A stretch of DNA of 22,203 bases from assembly GCA_016198745.1 (NCBI GenBank), contig JACQHZ010000177.1:1-22203 (forward strand), given 5' to 3'. This document shows, in pieces, positions 17,880 through 22,203 of this stretch; position 1 is the first letter of the stretch, and each line of letters starts with the position of its first letter. The notes below the pieces were generated by a model, which saw nothing but the letters and a program-made list of their open reading frames with translations, did no database searches and was not told the DNA's origin. Origin of the DNA: Verrucomicrobiota bacterium (GTDB lineage Bacteria > Verrucomicrobiota > Verrucomicrobiia > JABWAM01). Both the position numbers and the translations under genes were made by a program.

Positions 17880-19970
17880 CTATTTCTTGCCCGTCGGCTC
17901 CTCGCTCACGACTTCACCCAGCAGCTTGCCGCCGAGTCCGGCGCCTTCCGCCCACTTCTTGAAGCGCTGCAGCGCCGTTCGCATGCTGACGTTGGGCGCG
18001 AGCGGGATCATCTGGGAAACCGCGGCCGTGATGGTGAGGTTGCGGAGATCCTCGGACGTCAGTCCGAACTGATCCACCCATTTCTTGAGTTGATTGCGGA
18101 AGTAACCGGGGTCGGAGGGATCGAAGAACGTGTCGCGCACCGCCGACAGCGTGCGGCTGTTGTCCACCACCCGGTCCACGACCTTGCCGCCCGTGACGGC
18201 ATTGACGATCTTGTTGAAGAACTCGGTCTCGCCGCCCACGATATCGATCTTCGCGCTCTTGAGCGCCTCGCCGACCACCCCGGCTTGGGCCATGGCGATA
18301 TCCTTGCGAATCCCGATCTCGGCCAGGGCCAGGTCTTTTTCCACGGTGAGCTGGATCTTGAACTCCTCGTGCTCGCGCCCGACGGCGTTGAACTGCTTCA
18401 TCGCCTCGGCCTTGCGGAGGATGCCGTCCGCGTCGGCCTCGAACTTCAACCGCATGACCGTCGCCTCCGCGGTGCCCTGCTTCTGGTTGGCCGCGGCCCT
18501 GGCCTCGGTCACCTGCGCCTCGGCGAGGCCGCCCGCCGCGTTTTCGGCGGTGATGCCCTCGGCCAGTTTCTTCTTGGCGCTCGCCAGTTCGGCGGCGGCG
18601 GAATGCTCGCCCTGCGCCTCGATGACCTCTTTTTGCGCGTGCAGTTCGGCGGCCCGTTTCGCCGCTTCGGCGGCTTTCACCTGGGTGAACATCTCCTGCT
18701 CGGCCTTGAGTTCGGCGGCCTTCTTGGAGGCCTCGGCCGCCTTGATGTTTCGAATCACCTGCTGGTCCGCGTCCGCTTCCGCGGCCGTCACGGTCACCCG
18801 CTTGGCGCGGTCGGCTGTGAAAAAAGCCTCGGTATCCTTGATCTTCTGTTCCTCCTCCACGACGGCCTTCTGCACCGTGACCCGCTGGCGGATCACATCC
18901 TGGATGTTCTTCTTCTCCACCTCGACGGCCTTCTCCTTCTCGATGCCGGTCAGGGTGACGATTCGCTCGCGTTCGATGTCCTCAAGCTGGCGATCCTTTT
19001 CCACCCGCACGGTCTCGACGGCATTGGTGCGTTCCTTGTTCTTCAGCGCCACGATGATCTGCCGTTCCTTGTTCTGCTCGGCAACCTGCACCTCCTCTTC
19101 GGTGGCGATCCGGGCCTTCTCTGCTTTGAGGTGCCCTTCTTGCTGGACCTTGAGCGTCTCCGACTCCTCGCGCGCCGTGATGGAGGCCACCTCCCGTTTC
19201 TGTTTCTGCTCCGCCTCCGCCAACTGGCGATTCTGTTCGAGGATCAACTCGCGCGTCTCGACGTTCTTCTGGTTGAGATCGCGCTCGCAATTGCGGTTGA
19301 ATTCATTGGTGAGGATCTTCTGTTGCGCCGTTCGTTCCGTGATTTTCTTGATGCCCTCTGAATCCAAAATGTTGTCGATATCCAACATCTCCACCGGGGT
19401 CTGCTCCAGGTGATCGATGGCGGCGTCGTCCAGCACATAGCCATTCAGGTCGGTGCCGACGTGACGCTTGATGGCTTCGCGAAAATCAGCGCGTTTGTTG
19501 AGCAGGTCCACAAAATCAAAATCACGCCCGGCCGTCTTGAGCGCGTCAGAAAACTTGGGTTCAAAAAGTTGAGCCAGAATTGCTTCATCCGAGCCCCGCT
19601 GACAGCCGAGCGTTTGGGCAACGTGCCGCACGTGATCCTCGTTTTTGCTGTCCACCCGTATATAAAAGGTCACTTTGATGTCCGCGCGCAGGTTGTCCTT
19701 GCAGATCAAGCCGTTGGCGCCGTGCCGATGGATCTCGACGCGCTTGACCGAGACATCCAGGTATTCCAGCTTGTGGACGATGGGCAGAATGATCATGCCG
19801 TTAACCGACATCTTCGTGCCGCCCAAGCCTGTCCGAACAAGCGCCTGTCCCTGGGTGGGTATGCGAAATGTCCAGCCGACGACGAGACGGAGCAGGATGT
19901 AACCACTGACAAAAACAACGCCCGCTCCGAAAATCCAAAGAACAATCTGAATTATGAAAGCAATGGTCAT
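17880..19970 (-). CDS. Flotillin-family SPFH/band-7 protein (YqiK/FloT-like) with long Glu/Ala/Lys-rich coiled-coil region
   Basis: From the ATG complement at 19968-19970: MTIAFIIQIVLWIFGAGVVFVSGYILL (membrane hairpin) then the SPFH core RIPTQGQALVRTG.GG..MSVNGMIILPIVHKLEYLDVSVKRVEIHR...LICKDNLRADIKVTFYIRV. ~280 aa of E/A/K/Q-rich repeats (flotillin EA repeats) and a C-terminal globular region. The longer raw ORF to 20156 is an upstream extension. Confidence 0.8.
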   Translation of the reverse strand: MTIAFIIQIVLWIFGAGVVFVSGYILLRLVVGWTFRIPTQGQALVRTGLGGTKMSVNGMIILPIVHKLEYLDVSVKRVEIHRHGANGLICKDNLRADIKVTFYIRVDSKNEDHVRHVAQTLGCQRGSDEAILAQLFEPKFSDALKTAGRDFDFVDLLNKRADFREAIKRHVGTDLNGYVLDDAAIDHLEQTPVEMLDIDNILDSEGIKKITERTAQQKILTNEFNRNCERDLNQKNVETRELILEQNRQLAEAEQKQKREVASITAREESETLKVQQEGHLKAEKARIATEEEVQVAEQNKERQIIVALKNKERTNAVETVRVEKDRQLEDIERERIVTLTGIEKEKAVEVEKKNIQDVIRQRVTVQKAVVEEEQKIKDTEAFFTADRAKRVTVTAAEADADQQVIRNIKAAEASKKAAELKAEQEMFTQVKAAEAAKRAAELHAQKEVIEAQGEHSAAAELASAKKKLAEGITAENAAGGLAEAQVTEARAAANQKQGTAEATVMRLKFEADADGILRKAEAMKQFNAVGREHEEFKIQLTVEKDLALAEIGIRKDIAMAQAGVVGEALKSAKIDIVGGETEFFNKIVNAVTGGKVVDRVVDNSRTLSAVRDTFFDPSDPGYFRNQLKKWVDQFGLTSEDLRNLTITAAVSQMIPLAPNVSMRTALQRFKKWAEGAGLGGKLLGEVVSEEPTGKK

Positions 19971-20154
19971 GGTGACTCCTTTGAGATGGGTGGGTCCTTC
20001 TTTCCCGCGTGTATCACGAAACGCAGGAAGCACATGCACTTTGACGAACGCGCAAGGGAAAGACAACCACGAAACGACTCCAAAAACGCCTTGCAAATGG
20101 AAACGAAACGCGTCAAGTTGCGCGCAAGGCTCGCTGATCAGCAGCCCGTCCCTC
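19971..20154. promoter_or_regulatory. Divergent intergenic region between the flotillin (-) and Sel1-repeat (+) genes carrying short direct repeats (CACGAAACG x2-3; CGCGCAAGG x2)
   Basis: cacgaaacgc (~20014), cacgaaacga (~20068), aaacgaaacgcg (~20101); gcgcaaggg (~20050) and gcgcaaggc (~20122). No confident -35/-10 call. Confidence 0.35.
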
Positions 20155-21117
20155 ATGACCGCCCCGTTGCATTCCGCTTCCCGTCAGAAGGTGGACCTGG
20201 TATTCGATGTCATCGAGTATTTTCTTCCGTTCTTCGAGCGGTTGATCGGACGGTTGCTGGGGTTTCCACCCGAGCGCGAAAAAATGGTGGCAGCGCTGGA
20301 CGCCCTGCGTGACATTGCGGAAAAGGGCAATCCTCAAGCTCAGGAAAGGTTGGGCAGGGTTTTTCAAAAGGGCGAGGGCGTTCAGCAGGATTTCAGCGTC
20401 GCGGCTGACTGGTTGAAGAAGGCCGCCGACCGCGGCGTCCACAGCGCCCAGGATCAACTCGGCGTGATGTACGAAACCGGCATGGGTGTACAGCAGGATC
20501 ACGTGAAGGCATTCGAGTGTTTCCGTCAGGCTGCCGAGCAGGGATTGGCCGCCGCTCAACTGCGCCTCGCATCAGCTTACGAAGAAGGCAACGGAACCTC
20601 TCAGGATCAGGGCGAGGCGCTCAAGTGGTGTCTCAAGGCTGCCGCCCAGGGATTGGCCGAGGCGCAAAACAAGGTGGGTGTCATCTTCGAGAACGGACTC
20701 GGCGTAACCCAGGATTATGAAAAGGCGCTCCGCTGGTATCGCAAGGCGGCCGGGCAGGGACTGGTCGAGGCGCAGAAACATCTGGCAGAAATGCACCAGA
20801 AAGGACTGGGCATCCCGCAGGACGATCAAAAAGCCCTCCGCTGGTACCGCCGCGTGGCCGAACAAGGGGACGCCGAGGCGCAATACAAGGTGGCGCAAAT
20901 CTACGAAAACGGCCTGGGCGTCGCCAAGAATCCCGTCGAGGCATTCAAATGGTTCGAGGTCGCGGTCGCGCACGGCTTCAGCAATGCCGACCAACGCAAA
21001 GCAGCCCTGGAAGCGTTGCTGCCCGCCGAAGACCTGGGGAAGATCAAATCGCAAGCGGCAGACCTGGTCCGCGAGATCAAGAAAATCAGCAACAGTTACG
21101 CGACCCCAAACCGGTGA
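20155..21117 (+). CDS. Sel1-like repeat (SLR/TPR-like) protein
   Basis: At least six ~36-aa repeats of the form A..W(Y)(R/K)KAA.QG...AQ..LG..Y..G.GV.QD. Start placed at the in-frame ATG at 20155 (MTAPLH...). The raw ORF from 19954 would overlap the flotillin 5' region. Confidence 0.75.
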   Translation: MTAPLHSASRQKVDLVFDVIEYFLPFFERLIGRLLGFPPEREKMVAALDALRDIAEKGNPQAQERLGRVFQKGEGVQQDFSVAADWLKKAADRGVHSAQDQLGVMYETGMGVQQDHVKAFECFRQAAEQGLAAAQLRLASAYEEGNGTSQDQGEALKWCLKAAAQGLAEAQNKVGVIFENGLGVTQDYEKALRWYRKAAGQGLVEAQKHLAEMHQKGLGIPQDDQKALRWYRRVAEQGDAEAQYKVAQIYENGLGVAKNPVEAFKWFEVAVAHGFSNADQRKAALEALLPAEDLGKIKSQAADLVREIKKISNSYATPNR

Positions 21118-21168
21118 TCGTCTTGGACCCGAATGGCCTATGCTGCAATCAACGGGCGGAAATGCAGA

Positions 21169-22074
21169 TCAGCGTTTCGGAACGAGACGGTGTTTCTTCA
21201 GCCATCGTTCGACTGTCTCGCGGGCGTTCCATTTGCTTCGATTTTCCAATGCTGCATCCCATCGGCTGGTGATGCCGCCTTCCAGGGGAATCACCGCGCC
21301 GTTGATGAACCCGGCCCTGGGCGAGGCAAGAAAAGCCGTCATCTCCGCCACATCGTTCGGCAGGCCGGCCCGTCCCACGGTGGAAAAGTTCACCGCGCTC
21401 GCATGGTGAAGCGGCACCAATTCCCGACATAAAGCTTGCGCCGCCTCAGCGGGCAAATGCTTCAATGTCTTTCGCAGAAATGAATAACCGGGCACCGATC
21501 CCACCCGAATGGCGTTCACGCGCACGCCCTTTGGACCAAGGATCAACGCAAGACACGCGGTGAGCGTCTCAAGCGCCGCCTTCATCGATGGGTAAAGCAA
21601 CTGGCCAATCGCATGTTTGACGGCCAGGATGCTGGAGATGTTGACGACGCTCCCTTTCTGAGCAACCAGCGAATTCTCCGTCGCCTGCGTCAACCACAAG
21701 GCGGACGAAAAGTTCAGGTGAAACGTCGTGTCGAGCATTTCCTCGGTCAACTCGCCCAACGGAGTTTCATGCCCCGGATTGGCGGTGGCGTTGTTCACCA
21801 GGAGCGCAATCGGCCCTAATTTTTCGATGACTTCATGCGCCAGGTGATGACAGCTTTGGCGTCCGTCAAACCGCGCGACAAACCGGCCATCCGCCGCAAG
21901 GGGACGGCCGAAGGCTTTTTCATAAAGAGCAAAGGAGGAATGCGAAGTTGCGCTGGCGGCCACGCGCCATCCCTCGCGACGCAGCACTTCGCAGATGGCG
22001 GGGCCGATGTTGCCCGTCGCGCCCGTCACCAGCGCCAACGGCTTGACGTTCTCGTGATGTTTTTTCGTTTTCAT
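21169..22074 (-). CDS. SDR-family short-chain dehydrogenase/reductase (NAD(P)-dependent oxidoreductase) with ~40-aa C-terminal extension
   Basis: N-terminal Rossmann motif ALVTGATGNIG, NNAT (NNAG-like), catalytic Ser...YPSMKAA (YxxxK). Confidence 0.8.
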   Translation of the reverse strand: MKTKKHHENVKPLALVTGATGNIGPAICEVLRREGWRVAASATSHSSFALYEKAFGRPLAADGRFVARFDGRQSCHHLAHEVIEKLGPIALLVNNATANPGHETPLGELTEEMLDTTFHLNFSSALWLTQATENSLVAQKGSVVNISSILAVKHAIGQLLYPSMKAALETLTACLALILGPKGVRVNAIRVGSVPGYSFLRKTLKHLPAEAAQALCRELVPLHHASAVNFSTVGRAGLPNDVAEMTAFLASPRAGFINGAVIPLEGGITSRWDAALENRSKWNARETVERWLKKHRLVPKR

Positions 22075-22100
22075 GAGGATGATCGCACGCTGAACAGTTG

Positions 22101-22200
22101 CGATTTACGGCACGGTTCAGAGTTCAGCGGTTCAGGGTTAAAGGATTTGAACCTGAAAACGGGCAACCGTTGAACCGTGAACCTGGAACTTTTGAACCAT
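22101..22200. repeat. Repeat-family copies in inverted arrangement (GGTTCAG units 22104-22137, then TGAACC units 22148-22198) upstream of the SDR gene
   Basis: Sequence cacggttcag agttcag cggttcaggg ... ttgaacc tgaaaacgggcaaccgt tgaaccgtgaacc tggaac ttttgaacc. The two halves are imperfect reverse complements of each other (imperfect long inverted repeat). The window ends inside or just after it. Confidence 0.65.
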
Positions 22201-22203
22201 GCC

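Noticed and set aside
18090-19413. Two overlapping + strand ORFs (423 and 427 aa) antisense to the flotillin gene
   Set aside because: They are produced by the GAG/GCC/AAG-rich EA-repeat coding region read in reverse. Their products are poly-Leu/Ala/Ser low-complexity, whereas the - strand encodes an unmistakable SPFH/flotillin.
1-22203. CRISPR arrays, rRNA/tRNA genes, transposase/integrase genes
   Set aside because: No evenly spaced repeat-spacer arrays (the heptamer repeats are contiguous tandem copies without spacers). No rRNA-like conserved segments. No ORF with recombinase or transposase motifs.

Overview
High-GC (~60%) bacterial chromosomal segment; the gene content (GldG/DUF4340 ABC cluster, Sel1 repeats, giant multidomain gene) suggests a PVC-group or Bacteroidota-like organism, at low confidence. 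I support 13 protein-coding genes and no rRNA, tRNA, CRISPR or mobile-element genes. From left to right on the + strand: (1) a ~1100-aa single-chain MmeI-like Type IIG/IIL restriction-modification enzyme. It has an N-terminal PD-(D/E)xK nuclease motif (D..EYK), gamma-class N6-adenine methyltransferase motifs (GEYYTP, FLDPACGSGTFL, NPPW) and a C-terminal target-recognition region. (2) A 289-aa divergent DprA/Smf-like Rossmann (SLOG) domain protein whose start overlaps the RM gene by 19 bp. (3) hxlA and hxlB (3-hexulose-6-phosphate synthase and 6-phospho-3-hexuloisomerase, RuMP pathway), overlapping by ATGA. (4) A ceramidase-like N-terminal-domain protein. On the - strand there is a long co-oriented run: a flotillin/YqiK SPFH protein; then a 1798-aa giant protein whose only recognisable enzymatic module is an AAA_5 (MoxR/McrB-type) ATPase domain in its C-terminal third; then a GldA/GldF/GldG-like ABC-2 transporter operon ending in a DUF4340 protein. 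The right end holds a Sel1-repeat protein (+) and an SDR oxidoreductase (-). Independently of the genes, at least four intergenic sites carry tandem 7-bp-period repeats with consensus (C/G)TGAACC (GGTTCAG on the other strand); this looks like a dispersed short repeat family. The most novelty-relevant items are the coupled RM + DprA-like pair and the flotillin + giant AAA protein + GldG-type transporter arrangement.
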